Positions 1 through 9,990 of a stretch of 64,000 nt of DNA are shown piece after piece. The stretch comes from a virus. The notes beneath the pieces were generated by a model that saw only the letters and a program-made list of their open reading frames with translations, had not been told where the DNA came from and ran no database searches. The translations under genes were made by a program, and so were the position numbers. The stretch covers positions 96,799-160,798 of the IMG/VR virus record IMGVR_UViG_3300011115_000874; one strand, written 5' to 3'. Positions within the stretch are counted from its first letter, which is position 1. Each line of letters opens with the position of its first letter.

Positions 1-384
1 AAGAGTGTTTGAAAGTTTAAATAGTAAGTCGGTTGCATATCTATTTTTTTGGTAGGTATGCATATATTCTTTTGTTTTTTCTTTTATATAGGGTTGAGAA
101 GAATACTCTTTTATTTTGGGTAAAATATGTTCTTTATTATCAATATAATATTGTTTTATTCTACTTTTATTTTTCTTATAATATTCTTTCTCAGTCTTGT
201 TAATCTTATCTTTATTCTTTTGACGATATTCTTTAACAGCCTGTTTCTTTTGCTCTTTATTTTCTTGGTACGATTTTTTAGAATATGTTTTTGAACTTTC
301 AATATGACACTTTTTACACTTATTTTGTTTAGCATAAAACTCAACATCAGGTTTTGATTCACAACACGTTAAACATTTTCTCAT
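1..384 (-). CDS. Zn-finger/Lys-rich putative HNH or endonuclease VII-type protein, runs off the window start
   Basis: Not in the ORF track. Manual translation from ATG at 384 stays open to position 1: MRKCLTCCESK...KCKKCH, Lys/Tyr-rich helix, ...RYATDLLFKLSNTL. ATGA overlap with the upstream stop; late motif at 396-403. The catalytic domain would lie outside the window. Confidence 0.7.
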   Translation of the reverse strand, partial: MRKCLTCCESKPDVEFYAKQNKCKKCHIESSKTYSKKSYQENKEQKKQAVKEYRQKNKDKINKTEKEYYKKNKSRIKQYYIDNKEHILPKIKEYSSQPYIKEKTKEYMHTYQKNRYATDLLFKLSNTL

Positions 385-812
385 GATATTTTATTATAAA
401 TATTCACAAGGAGTTTTTTTTGTTCTTTCTCTTCAACACCTAAGCTAGTTAGGATACTTTTTACACCTGATTCTCTTAATATGTCAATATACTCCTCTGC
501 CTCACCAAATGAACATTCAAAATAGTTAGCAATATGTTTAAGCAATGATTCTTGCTTTTTCTTTTTAGAGGATTTGATGTATTTGAAGAACATATTATTT
601 TTAGGTATCATATATAAATATATATTATATGTTTTCTCCTTATCAGTATATGGAAAAGTCTGCACTAAATTCACGAATTCTATGTACTCAGGATTCATAC
701 TGAGGAAACGATGAATCATATAACAATTAAATGACTCTTTGTCTTCCTCAGTAAATGATTCCCATTTTGATTTATTATAGGTAATTTCCTTTAACCAATC
801 AAATATTGTCAT
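381..812 (-). CDS. clamp loader small subunit (T4 gp62-like)
   Basis: FDWLKEI...YMIHRFLSM...IPK..FFKYIK pattern; close to the clamp loader ATPase and the clamp. Confidence 0.7.
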   Translation of the reverse strand: MTIFDWLKEITYNKSKWESFTEEDKESFNCYMIHRFLSMNPEYIEFVNLVQTFPYTDKEKTYNIYLYMIPKNNMFFKYIKSSKKKKQESLLKHIANYFECSFGEAEEYIDILRESGVKSILTSLGVEEKEQKKLLVNIYNKIS

Positions 813-1041
813 ACTCTTCTCTAACTTCTTTAGGTAACAATTCTACTAATACTTTTCCTGTCACTACATCATAGAAGCATGGAATAGGCATAATAGAATC
901 TTCTGTTGTTCCAGTTAAAAACTTAGATACCTTACGTAAAATTACTCCCTCAGCAAATACATGATTTCCATCTGGTGAAATAATAGGTTGGGTTTGCTTA
1001 AAGTCTACATTGACATTAAGCGGTTGTTTTGGTTCACTCAT
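799..1041 (-). CDS. small phage hypothetical protein
   Basis: 80 aa ORF packed into the operon, AAAGTTATG start context. Confidence 0.6.
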   Translation of the reverse strand: MSEPKQPLNVNVDFKQTQPIISPDGNHVFAEGVILRKVSKFLTGTTEDSIMPIPCFYDVVTGKVLVELLPKEVREEYDNI

Positions 1042-1045
1042 AACT

Positions 1046-1705
1046 TTATTTATTATTAATTATTTTATATTCCCAAATATAATTAAAGGAGGTGTATTTT
1101 CCTAATTTATTTTTATCCCTTTGTCTAATTATATTTTTATCATTATTACGACAACAATTATTTATAGCAGTATAACTTAAATTTAAAACTTGAGATGCTA
1201 GTTTTCCAGTTTCCCACTCTTTTATAATATTACCATTTAAATCTTTTTGTAGTACTGGGCGGCCAAATGATTTAGATGATGACTTAGATAAGTTTTTTCT
1301 CCATTCATTATTTTTAGAATGGCCTTCCATTGCTTTACTTATAGATTGTTTATGGTCTTGGCTTAATGGTATTCCTTTATGAGCCATAGATATTTTATTT
1401 TTAGTAGTTTTTGATAATGGTTTATATTTTCTTCCTTCCCATGAACCATAAGCCTTATTTGTTCTATTATAGAATTCAGGGTTAGATTTTACATCAAAAA
1501 GATTTAACCAATATTCTTCTCTTTGCCATAATTCTTCTTTGCTATTACAGTGTTCTAAAATTTCTTTTTTAAAATTTTTTCTACCATATTTTTTTATAGC
1601 CTTTTTTAAATCTAAGCCACTTCCTAAGTATTTAGGATTATTATTTACATCTTTACCAATATATTTTTTATTGTTGGTAAGATTTATTGTTTGATATATT
1701 ACCAT
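1046..1705 (-). CDS. GIY-YIG homing endonuclease (Seg-like) with NUMOD-type DNA-binding repeats
   Basis: VIY-x10-YIG, YLGSG, REEYW, FYN; C-terminal ISMAHKG repeats and HTH (PVLQKDLNG...INNCC). Confidence 0.9.
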   Translation of the reverse strand: MVIYQTINLTNNKKYIGKDVNNNPKYLGSGLDLKKAIKKYGRKNFKKEILEHCNSKEELWQREEYWLNLFDVKSNPEFYNRTNKAYGSWEGRKYKPLSKTTKNKISMAHKGIPLSQDHKQSISKAMEGHSKNNEWRKNLSKSSSKSFGRPVLQKDLNGNIIKEWETGKLASQVLNLSYTAINNCCRNNDKNIIRQRDKNKLGKYTSFNYIWEYKIINNK

Positions 1706-1756
1706 AATTATTTAGTTATCAATTATAAATATATCAACATTGATAAAGAAATAATC

Positions 1757-2677
1757 TTAAGTAATGATTTTAAGTATAGAAGCAATCAAGGCACAAACAT
1801 TGATTTCTTTATCAATTCTAAAGTTAGCATGATACATATAACTTTCTATTTCAATAACAATCATTGCTTTTGCTAAATCATTATTACCATACTCATCTAA
1901 ATTATCATATAGGAATCTATAAATCTCTTCAAAATCATCCAAATTACTATCAGCAAGTATTTGTCTAATGTTTTTAAAACTAGATTTAGATGGTGATTTA
2001 AGTTCCTTTAATACTCCATCTTTATAACTGTTTGATGCTAATACTGTTTTATCTATTTTAAGAGTACCTTCAACATTATTTACTTGACAAGTATTTAATA
2101 TTTTTCTAATATCAGGATAATGTTTATTAACTACTAATGCTAAGTCTCCTAATTCATAGTTAATATTTTCTTGCTCTAAAATAGTAGATATATGTTGTGC
2201 TACTTCTTTTTTAGATGGAGGAGTAATCTTTAATACTTGGCAACGAGATTGAAGTGGATCAATTATTCGTTCAAGGTAATTACATGTTAAAATAAAACGG
2301 GTGGTGCGAGAATATGTTTCAATAATATTCCTAAGTGATGCTTGTGCTTGAATAGTTAAGAAATCTGCTTCATCTAAAATAATAATTTTAATAGGCTTAA
2401 ATGAAGCACTAGAAGCAAAACCTTGAACTTTATCTCTAATAGTATCAATACCTCTTTCATCTGAAGCATTAATATAAAGATAATCACAGTCAAAATTGTT
2501 TACAATTAATTTAGCTAATGTTGTTTTACCTGTACCAGGTGTTCCATACAATAGTAAATTTTGTAAATCGTTGTTTTTTAGATATTGATGAACAATTTGT
2601 TTTAACTGTTCATTACCAACATACTCGTCTAATGTTTTAGAACGATATTTTTCTACAAATAAACTATTTTCTTTCAT
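1757..2677 (-). CDS. clamp loader AAA+ ATPase subunit (RFC / T4 gp44-like)
   Basis: VEKYR, Walker A GTPGTGKT, NASDERG, Walker B ILDEAD, SRC motif. Start moved to ATG 2677 because the TTG extension runs through a promoter element. Confidence 0.95.
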   Translation of the reverse strand: MKENSLFVEKYRSKTLDEYVGNEQLKQIVHQYLKNNDLQNLLLYGTPGTGKTTLAKLIVNNFDCDYLYINASDERGIDTIRDKVQGFASSASFKPIKIIILDEADFLTIQAQASLRNIIETYSRTTRFILTCNYLERIIDPLQSRCQVLKITPPSKKEVAQHISTILEQENINYELGDLALVVNKHYPDIRKILNTCQVNNVEGTLKIDKTVLASNSYKDGVLKELKSPSKSSFKNIRQILADSNLDDFEEIYRFLYDNLDEYGNNDLAKAMIVIEIESYMYHANFRIDKEINVCALIASILKIIT

Positions 2678-2682
2678 ATAAC

Positions 2683-2714
2683 CAAATATAATAAAAAATG
2701 GCCCGAAGGCCAAA
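2683..2714 (-). promoter_or_regulatory. -33/-7 type promoter with embedded terminator-like hairpin
   Basis: TTTG-N20-TATATTTG; contains GGCC-TTCG-GGCC followed by ATTTTTT. Confidence 0.8.
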
Positions 2715-2739
2715 TTTTAATATAATATGTTTTTAAAGA

Positions 2740-2994
2740 TTATTTACCAATTCTAGGTTTAATATCAGATGGGAGAGGTCCTGTACTTTTAATACTAAAC
2801 TTAGAAAGAAATTTGTTTTTAAGAGTTGATTTTTGTTCTGGGGTTAATTTATTTTTCTTTGAAAAATAATCTATAACAGATTCAGTTGCATCTTCATCAC
2901 CTATGTATTCTTCAAAATCCTTAATAAACTTATTTTCAGATAATACTTTAGTAATTTCTTCTTTAATAATATGTTTTAACTCAGATACTTTCAT
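2740..2994 (-). CDS. putative capsid-internal protein, leader class MKxSxLKxIIKEE
   Basis: N-terminus MKVSELKHIIKEEI matches the ORFs at 16797 and 17316; function inferred. Confidence 0.55.
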   Translation of the reverse strand: MKVSELKHIIKEEITKVLSENKFIKDFEEYIGDEDATESVIDYFSKKNKLTPEQKSTLKNKFLSKFSIKSTGPLPSDIKPRIGK

Positions 2995-2996
2995 AA

Positions 2997-3509
2997 TTAA
3001 TATTTTTTACCTAATTCTAATATTTTAGACAAACCAATTAAAGCAGCACCAACACCAGCAGTAAGACCAAGACCAGAAAGAAATGCTACATTACCAGGCA
3101 TATCATTAAATATTGCTTTCATTAAAAACATATTCATAAAAGGAACAAGGTTTGAAGCATATAAAACTTTTCCTAAAGTACCAGAAACTTTAGCTATTTT
3201 ATCTTTTGGACTTAAAGCTTCATCAATCTCAGCTACAACACTTTGAATTTTAGGTTCAATCTTATCAACTGCAGTTTCAATAGATGTGCTAGATGTTATA
3301 CCTAAATCAGCTAATGCTGATTGAAGATTAACTTTTTCTTCATCTGAAAGTTTATCAACCATTGCTTCTATTGATGGATCTGATTCTACTTTATCTTCAA
3401 TTTTTTCAGCAGCGGCTATTGCTTTAGCATCTTCTTCAGTTAATTCTTTATATTGGCTTTCAGTGATCAAACCAGCTATTTTTTGCATTTTATAAAATTC
3501 TCTATTCAT
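2997..3509 (-). CDS. putative capsid-internal protein, leader class FxKMQKxAGLITE, hydrophobic C-terminus
   Basis: Leader shared with 58809..59651 and with the scaffold C-terminus; two hydrophobic segments at the C-terminus. Confidence 0.55.
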   Translation of the reverse strand: MNREFYKMQKIAGLITESQYKELTEEDAKAIAAAEKIEDKVESDPSIEAMVDKLSDEEKVNLQSALADLGITSSTSIETAVDKIEPKIQSVVAEIDEALSPKDKIAKVSGTLGKVLYASNLVPFMNMFLMKAIFNDMPGNVAFLSGLGLTAGVGAALIGLSKILELGKKY

Positions 3510-3531
3510 AGTATTAGTTTAATTATACATA

Positions 3532-3789
3532 TTAATAGTCTCCGTACATGTTAAATTTCTTTGGTGGAATTGGTTTTATTTCTGCTACAGTTGTTGAAAT
3601 AGCATACAATTCACCTTTTATAGGTGATAATCTAAAATCACATGGGTGTTGAGTTTCTTGAAAGTAACCTTCTAATGCCTCAGTTAATGAAGGATATACT
3701 GTATTAGGGTCGCTTAGCAGCGCCCAACTGTCTCCAGGTGGGCGTCGCTTAGCGATTAATACTAATTCTTCTTTGACTTCAGTAGCCAT
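3532..3789 (-). CDS. hypothetical protein
   Basis: 85 aa ORF whose start overlaps the groEL stop. Confidence 0.6.
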   Translation of the reverse strand: MATEVKEELVLIAKRRPPGDSWALLSDPNTVYPSLTEALEGYFQETQHPCDFRLSPIKGELYAISTTVAEIKPIPPKKFNMYGDY

Positions 3790-5405
3790 TAGAACATACC
3801 TCCCATTCCGCCCATCATATCATCCTGTTTTTTATCTTCAGGTTTATCTACGACAGTACATTCTGTTAATAGAATTGTTCCAGCTACTGATGCTGCGTTC
3901 TCGATTGCGGTACGAGTAACTTTAGTTGGATCAATAATACCTGCGTCTTTCATGTTAACGAATTTTTCAGTTAATAAATTATATCCTTTCCAGTTATCAC
4001 TACCACCTAATTTATTAATCAAATAATAAGCCTCTTGTTCTGTAGAACCAGCGTTAGTAAGAATTTTCATAAATGGTGCACCACATGCTGTGTAAACAAT
4101 TTGGCCACCTACTGATTTACGATTCTTGATTGCTTCACGAGCGTATAATAAAGCAGCGCCACCTCCAGGTACAATACCTTCTTCAATTGCGGCTTTAGTT
4201 GCTTGAAGCGCATCATCAACTCGGTCTTTCTTTTCTTTGACCTCAGTTTCAGTATTTCCACCTACGTGAACAATAGCTACTCCTCCGACAAATTTCGCGA
4301 GTCTTTCTTGTAGTTTTTCTTGTTCGAAAGGTGTTTTTGCTTTTTCGATTTGGAGCTGTAACTCTTCAATACGTGCTTGTATTCGTTCAGATTCTCCTCT
4401 TCCGTCAACGATTGTTGTTTCATCTTTTGTAATTGTAACTAATCGGGCTTCACCAAACCATTTTGAATCAAAACGATCTAATTTCATACCCTTATCAGTA
4501 CTAAATACCTCACCTCCTGTTAAAATTGCAATATCATCTAAAATAAGTTTTCTACGGTCACCAAAGTCAGGAGCTTTAACTGCTGCTACTTTAATAGTAC
4601 CTCTCATTTTATTAACGATAAGTGTTGCTAATGCTTCACCATCAATGTCTTCTGCAATGATAAGTAATGATTTACCTTGTGATGAAACGCTTTCTAACAA
4701 TGGTAACAATTCTTTGATTGAAGTAAATTTCTTATCAGCAATCAAAATCATAGCATTCTCAAGTGTACAACTCATTGTATTGTTATCTGTAACAAAGTAA
4801 TGAGATTTGTAACCACGATCAAACTGCATACCTTCTACTGTTTCAAGATATGTTTCACCTGATTTAGATTCTTCAATGTAAACAACTCCTTCACGACCTA
4901 CTTTATTCATTGCTGTAGCAATCAATTCTCCTACTTCAGGATCGTTATTACCTGAGATAGTAGCTACTTGTTTTAGTTGATCTTCAGAGCTAATGTCTTG
5001 TGAGATACTCTTGCGTAATTCTCCAATTACATCTTTAACTGCGGCATCAATATCACGCTTGATAGATACTGCATTTATTCCGTTGTTTAAGTGCACTAAA
5101 CCGGCTTTAACCATTTCTTGAGCCAACAATGTAGATGTAGTAGTACCATCACCTGCACCTTCAGCTGTCTTAATAGCTGCTTGTTTTACAAGTTGTACAC
5201 CCAATTCTTCAATTGGATCTTCAAGTGAAATGTTTTTAGCTACTGTTACACCATCTTTTGTTGATTGTGGGTAACCATTTTGATTTGCTATAACCACATT
5301 ACGACCATTTGGACCTAATGTAGACGTAACTGCGTTTGCTAGCTTGTCAATACCAGTTACGAGTTTTTTCCTTGCTTCAGGACCGAATTCGATAATTTTA
5401 CTCAT
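3789..5405 (-). CDS. groEL: chaperonin GroEL
   Basis: TLGPNGRNV, KDGVTVAK, GDGTTT, GMQFDRGY, APDFGDRRK, GIVPGGG, GGM tail. Confidence 0.99.
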   Translation of the reverse strand: MSKIIEFGPEARKKLVTGIDKLANAVTSTLGPNGRNVVIANQNGYPQSTKDGVTVAKNISLEDPIEELGVQLVKQAAIKTAEGAGDGTTTSTLLAQEMVKAGLVHLNNGINAVSIKRDIDAAVKDVIGELRKSISQDISSEDQLKQVATISGNNDPEVGELIATAMNKVGREGVVYIEESKSGETYLETVEGMQFDRGYKSHYFVTDNNTMSCTLENAMILIADKKFTSIKELLPLLESVSSQGKSLLIIAEDIDGEALATLIVNKMRGTIKVAAVKAPDFGDRRKLILDDIAILTGGEVFSTDKGMKLDRFDSKWFGEARLVTITKDETTIVDGRGESERIQARIEELQLQIEKAKTPFEQEKLQERLAKFVGGVAIVHVGGNTETEVKEKKDRVDDALQATKAAIEEGIVPGGGAALLYAREAIKNRKSVGGQIVYTACGAPFMKILTNAGSTEQEAYYLINKLGGSDNWKGYNLLTEKFVNMKDAGIIDPTKVTRTAIENAASVAGTILLTECTVVDKPEDKKQDDMMGGMGGMF

Positions 5406-5406
5406 A

Positions 5407-5718
5407 TTATTGTTCTGTTGTTTTTATAATTGCTAAAACTTGATTTTCAGGACATACCCAATACTCTTGACCTTCCAATTCAATTTTGTTAGGACCCATA
5501 CTTGGTAACATTACTTCCATTCCTACTTCTAATACTGTAGGAATAAATGCTCCTGAGTAAGATGATTGACCTGGGCCTACAGATACGATAGTACCAATAA
5601 GTGCTTTTTCTTTACCCATGTCGGGTACAATGATGGAACCATACATTCCTTCTTCTTCTTCACGGGGTTTAACTATAACCGCGTTAAACGTTGCTTGTAA
5701 CTGTTTCATATTATTCAC
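5407..5718 (-). CDS. groES: co-chaperonin GroES
   Basis: GSIIVPD, GTIVSVGPG, VLAII; directly upstream of groEL. Confidence 0.93.
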   Translation of the reverse strand: MNNMKQLQATFNAVIVKPREEEEGMYGSIIVPDMGKEKALIGTIVSVGPGQSSYSGAFIPTVLEVGMEVMLPSMGPNKIELEGQEYWVCPENQVLAIIKTTEQ

Positions 5719-6031
5719 TAAAATTAACTATTTGATTGATTTCTTCTTTTACTCGTTTCCATTCAGTAATATACTCATGAATAGTATTATACTCTTGACG
5801 TTTTTCTACTTTTAGTTTAGCGATTGAATTTAATGCTGAACCAAAATTAGTATGGAATGAAATAGATTTGACTGCTTCTTTAGTCCGCGTTTTGCGACCT
5901 CTTCCTTTTGTGTTTGTACCTGGGTAGACAGTTTCGTAGATTGTGTAACTGTTTGCATCACGACCGATGAAATACGGTTCGATAGACGGGTCTTTGATCA
6001 GTGTAACTGACGATAAATCGTTTTTTTCCAT
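5711..6031 (-). CDS. hypothetical protein
   Basis: ORF with likely start ATG 6031 (AAAAGTTATG), downstream of a promoter. Confidence 0.65.
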   Translation of the reverse strand: MEKNDLSSVTLIKDPSIEPYFIGRDANSYTIYETVYPGTNTKGRGRKTRTKEAVKSISFHTNFGSALNSIAKLKVEKRQEYNTIHEYITEWKRVKEEINQIVNFSE

Positions 6032-6046
6032 AACTTTTATTTTATT

Positions 6047-6078
6047 GTAATATAACATTTTTTGCTTGGGTAGCCAAG
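6047..6078 (-). promoter_or_regulatory. -33/-7 type promoter upstream of the groES/groEL operon
   Basis: CTTGGC...TATATTAC, 20-nt spacer. Confidence 0.7.
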
Positions 6079-6099
6079 CTTTATTATAAATATGTCAAC

Positions 6100-6825
6100 T
6101 TATTGTTCTTTTGCAACAATATAGTAAGTACTTTGTAACTCTTTGTTAGAGAATGTGAGTTTCATTAAACCATTTTGATTTATATATAAAGTACCAGATT
6201 CAGAACCTTTATTAGCAACTAATATTTCCTTCAACAAATCAGAACCATATACTAAATTAAATATTGAAGGTACATTAATAGTTGGATTTTGGATGGAATA
6301 AGTAACTTTATTAGCATATTCAACATCGCCTCCGAAAGTAAACTCTAAACCGTTTAAACCCAACCTAACAACAACGTTATCGCTATTTGTTAATGCGTTT
6401 TTAGATTTAACTAACGCTGTTATTGCTTCATCATCAATTGCTACTTGAACCTCATGGTCTTCAGAACCATTATATTTACCTGTTTTAGGAATGGTTAATA
6501 AGTCAGCTAAAGCATAATTTAGATTAAACTGGTTGTCTGCTATTAATAGTTTAGTTATTACTTTACCTTCTTTAGCATAACCAAGATCCAAATCACCTCC
6601 TGTGATAGATAATAGTTTATCTAGTTGAGTAGTGTTATTAATTCCTATCTCAGATTCAGGTAATGGAAAACCATTATAAGTTACTGTTCCTAACATTTCA
6701 CGAGTAGGAGCAGTAAAATTAATAGTTAGCTTTTTATTAGCGTCTATTTCCCATTTAACATTTTCTATTTGACCATTTAAATGGTACTTTTCAATAATTG
6801 CTTGTAGCTGTAGTTTCGATATCAT
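6100..6825 (-). CDS. DNA sliding clamp (gp45/PCNA-like)
   Basis: About 240 aa, C-terminal GLMKLTF...YYIVAKE, lies between PolB and the clamp loader; start moved to ATG 6825. Confidence 0.8.
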   Translation of the reverse strand: MISKLQLQAIIEKYHLNGQIENVKWEIDANKKLTINFTAPTREMLGTVTYNGFPLPESEIGINNTTQLDKLLSITGGDLDLGYAKEGKVITKLLIADNQFNLNYALADLLTIPKTGKYNGSEDHEVQVAIDDEAITALVKSKNALTNSDNVVVRLGLNGLEFTFGGDVEYANKVTYSIQNPTINVPSIFNLVYGSDLLKEILVANKGSESGTLYINQNGLMKLTFSNKELQSTYYIVAKEQ

Positions 6826-6830
6826 ATAAC

Positions 6831-6862
6831 CTAATATAATAAAAAATGACCCAAAGGCCAAA
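6831..6862 (-). promoter_or_regulatory. -33/-7 type promoter with embedded hairpin, upstream of the clamp
   Basis: TTTGGCCTTTGGGTCATTTTTTATTATATTAG. Confidence 0.78.
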
Positions 6863-6868
6863 CTAAGT

Positions 6869-7375
6869 TTAGATTACGTCTTTTACTGTGTCTGCAAATT
6901 CTTTAAAGTCCTCATCATCTGCTAGCATAAATTTATATTTGTCTGCTTCTTGTTTTGAGTATATAAAATTATTACCTTCTTCATCACGATATGAACTATA
7001 CAAATCATCAACATCCTCTTCTTTAAAACATTCTGTTCCTTCAGGAACATATAATTCTATACCATTTATTAAGCTTTGTAATCTTCTTCCAAAGAACATT
7101 CTATCAGCGTCTGTTTTAGAATCAGTATTAAAACCTATATCTTGCATTTTGTTAGTGAATTTGTCTCCTCCACTTTTAGTTGTTCTTTCAAAATCTTGCA
7201 TTTGTTGATATTCTCCCCACAATGCTATCATCACTTGTGGTTCAGTAAGTGTTCCACTATCTAATCCTATATCTCGAGTCCCACTACTACCTTCAGTATA
7301 ATATATATTAAAAGGTAAAACAAGCATTTCAAGGTTAGCTAATGCTTCTTTTAATAAGTTTGTTAATTTAATCAT
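6869..7375 (-). CDS. putative capsid-internal protein (leader MIKLTNLLKEA), acidic
   Basis: Own late motif at 7380-7387, LLKE leader, followed by the hairpin/promoter element. Confidence 0.5.
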   Translation of the reverse strand: MIKLTNLLKEALANLEMLVLPFNIYYTEGSSGTRDIGLDSGTLTEPQVMIALWGEYQQMQDFERTTKSGGDKFTNKMQDIGFNTDSKTDADRMFFGRRLQSLINGIELYVPEGTECFKEEDVDDLYSSYRDEEGNNFIYSKQEADKYKFMLADDEDFKEFADTVKDVI

Positions 7376-7379
7376 GAAT

Positions 7380-7387
7380 ATAAATAT
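7380..7387 (-). promoter_or_regulatory. putative late promoter motif ATATTTAT
   Basis: Same motif as upstream of the structural genes. Confidence 0.6.
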
Positions 7388-7389
7388 GA

Positions 7390-9972
7390 TTAAAAAGCGA
7401 AAAATTTAGCTACGTTAGCATTTAATGGTGGGAACTCCCACTTTAAATCTTTATAAAGTTCCTTTAATTTGTTTAGTAGTAATGATTCAAAAATTTCATC
7501 TACATCAATATATGTCTTAACAAATTTTTCAATCTCATCAGGTACCTTAGCATTTGGTAATCCAATTGTATCTAACTTATAAGGATTAGCTTTTAAGTTA
7601 ATTATGAATATCTTATCACCTTCTACTACTGATTCGTATTGTTTATCTAAACGTTTGAATTTTAATAAGTCATTGTAACGAACAGCTGCTTTAGTATTAC
7701 TAGGTGCTTTCAATCTGAATGTGCTAAACATTTCACCTGCTCTAGGAGCGTTCCTATATGATGCTATTTGTTTTACACCTGTTGGTTTGCCTAATTCTCG
7801 AGGATCTAATGTCTTAACTAATTTATAGAAATCAATAATGGTTTGATCTATTTCTGTTTTAGACTTACCAAACAAAATATCTTTAATTAGTTGTTCACCA
7901 AAGCCTTTAAATCGTTTATTCATGTTAGACTTCATCAACTCAAGTCCTTTCATGTCTAGCTCTTCAACAGCAACACCTTCCTTATTAGTAATATACATTG
8001 CATATCTTCTCTTACCTGTAACTAAGATACCTTTAGCAATTACCTCTTGTTTTAATTGGAAATAATGTTTTTTAGGATTAATATTAAATACTTTCTTACA
8101 TAACTCATTTAAATAGTAGTTAGACTCATCTTGAATTTCAGTAGCCATTTTTAATATTAATTCATCTTTTTGTTCAGGTGTTGAATTAGGATACCTATGT
8201 TTTAGTAAGTCACCTAACTCAATATACATGGAGTCAGTATCACTAATACAAATAAACTGTTTATCAGTATTTAACTCAGTATTAAGTTTATTATTAGCAA
8301 ACACAATTGATTCCTGTGTAAGTCTTTGTCCGCTGTTAGTAATAGCAGCACTACAAATTAAATGTCCGTCTGTATATCTCCATCCATTCTTAGCAAATGT
8401 GCCATACATAGCGTTTTGCAAGATCTTAAATGCATGTTGGAACAAATCATATAGTTTATAATTAGCCCAATCTTCAGATTTACCTGCTGTTTTCTTTAAA
8501 CCTCTATAATGTTCTCGTTTTTCAAACCAACCTTCTAAAATCTTAGCAACTACACTTTGTTCATCAGTCCTAAACATAGCACCTGAAGCTGATAATGTGA
8601 ATTCATTATCTTCAATTATCTTAATCAGCTTGCCAATTGATATTTGAGCTGCTTGTAATGTGTAATTTTTTTTATTTAGTTTTTCAATTGTTATTACTTC
8701 ACTAGGATCTCGTTCCTTAAGTTTTTCTAAACTATGATTTTGTTCATAGGTTGGATTTAAAGTAACAATTCTACCTACTAATGTTTCAATTCCTAAATTA
8801 AGTGACTTAATGATTGAGGGATATAGTGAAGTAAAGTCTAAGTCAATTACATCAAAGTATAGACCTGGTATTGGTTCTAATAAGTAACCACCTGCATATG
8901 TTGAGTTAGTTGCCTTACGAGATGGGTTATGAGTTGTTGGTTTATTAGGTGAAATAATACCTTCACGTCGTAAGTGCTTTAATATAGCACCTTCATTCAT
9001 TACAGTGTTATAATAAATTGACTCATAAGGTATATTACAAATATGAGAAATCATAACTGTCAATTCAATAAACTTTAATTTGTCTTCTAGTTTTTCTAGA
9101 ATCTCAACGTCTCGTAAGTTATAGTCAATAAAAGTATTTAAATCATTTTTAAACAATGTATTCAAATTACCTTCATATTCAATCTTACCTAACCCAACAT
9201 ATTTGGTTCCAATGTCACCTAATTTATATGATGGTTCTTCTTTCATAATGTACTTCTTATGAAGTAACATATAATCTAGATGATTCACACCTCCAATTTT
9301 AACTTGGTTTTCACCATTAAAATCACGTGCCTCAACTCTACCTATTGGTGATAACCGGCTTACCTCGTCTGTACCTACAACTTGCGACATTCGGTAGTAT
9401 AAGTACGGTAAGTCGAAGTAAGCCGAGTTATAGCCGACTAATATGGTGGGATCTAACTCTTCATACTTAGATAAAAACTTACCTATTAATTCTCGTTCTG
9501 AGCCACAAGGTATAATAATTTTATCGTCCTGGTTCGTTTCAGGTATTTGTTTTGACTTATCAACAATAAAACATATCTTTTGTTTAGTAGTCACATCTAT
9601 CAGAGCAATAGATGTTAAGGGCATAGGAGCAGACCTAATATATTCAGGTGTTAGTGCTCCACCCATTTCAATCTCGATATCTATATAGACTATATTATGC
9701 CAAGATGGAACTACATCATCAAATTTATAATATAGTTCTCGTAACACATATAATGACTTGTCGATATCTTTTTCTAGTAGGTCAGGATCGTTTTTATCTA
9801 ATTTCTTAGTAGGTATAGCCCATCCTCCAGTTAGTACTGGTTTAGCCCCTTCTTGTTGTTCATTTACTCTTTTCCAGTAAGTAGGCTGGAATTGGAAATC
9901 CATCCAGCCTTGCTTATCGTCTCGTAAATGGTAAGTATAAGTTTGAAAGTCATAATAAATACTTTGATACAT
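7390..9972 (-). CDS. family B DNA polymerase
   Basis: ExoI DIE, ExoII GYNSAYFD, ExoIII YNLRD; motifs DFTSLYPS, KILQNAMYG, DTDS, KRRY. Confidence 0.98.
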   Translation of the reverse strand: MYQSIYYDFQTYTYHLRDDKQGWMDFQFQPTYWKRVNEQQEGAKPVLTGGWAIPTKKLDKNDPDLLEKDIDKSLYVLRELYYKFDDVVPSWHNIVYIDIEIEMGGALTPEYIRSAPMPLTSIALIDVTTKQKICFIVDKSKQIPETNQDDKIIIPCGSERELIGKFLSKYEELDPTILVGYNSAYFDLPYLYYRMSQVVGTDEVSRLSPIGRVEARDFNGENQVKIGGVNHLDYMLLHKKYIMKEEPSYKLGDIGTKYVGLGKIEYEGNLNTLFKNDLNTFIDYNLRDVEILEKLEDKLKFIELTVMISHICNIPYESIYYNTVMNEGAILKHLRREGIISPNKPTTHNPSRKATNSTYAGGYLLEPIPGLYFDVIDLDFTSLYPSIIKSLNLGIETLVGRIVTLNPTYEQNHSLEKLKERDPSEVITIEKLNKKNYTLQAAQISIGKLIKIIEDNEFTLSASGAMFRTDEQSVVAKILEGWFEKREHYRGLKKTAGKSEDWANYKLYDLFQHAFKILQNAMYGTFAKNGWRYTDGHLICSAAITNSGQRLTQESIVFANNKLNTELNTDKQFICISDTDSMYIELGDLLKHRYPNSTPEQKDELILKMATEIQDESNYYLNELCKKVFNINPKKHYFQLKQEVIAKGILVTGKRRYAMYITNKEGVAVEELDMKGLELMKSNMNKRFKGFGEQLIKDILFGKSKTEIDQTIIDFYKLVKTLDPRELGKPTGVKQIASYRNAPRAGEMFSTFRLKAPSNTKAAVRYNDLLKFKRLDKQYESVVEGDKIFIINLKANPYKLDTIGLPNAKVPDEIEKFVKTYIDVDEIFESLLLNKLKELYKDLKWEFPPLNANVAKFFAF

Positions 9973-9990
9973 AACCTTTATTTAAAAATT

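Noticed and set aside
156-362. 68-aa ORF from the ORF track
   Set aside because: Wrong frame; the real gene is the overlapping frame from 384 to beyond position 1, which has CxxC motifs and a coupled start.
2678-6861. Shared N-terminal peptide MAFG(P/S)FFII(F/L)GY on the clamp loader and clamp, resembling a signal peptide
   Set aside because: Artefact of translating from the TTG inside the repeated promoter element; the true starts are the ATGs at 2677 and 6825.
8220-8440. PolB motif deviations (NAMYG, ISDTDS) as adaptation to a modified nucleotide
   Set aside because: Such substitutions occur in ordinary family B polymerases and cannot be tied to base modification without an alignment.
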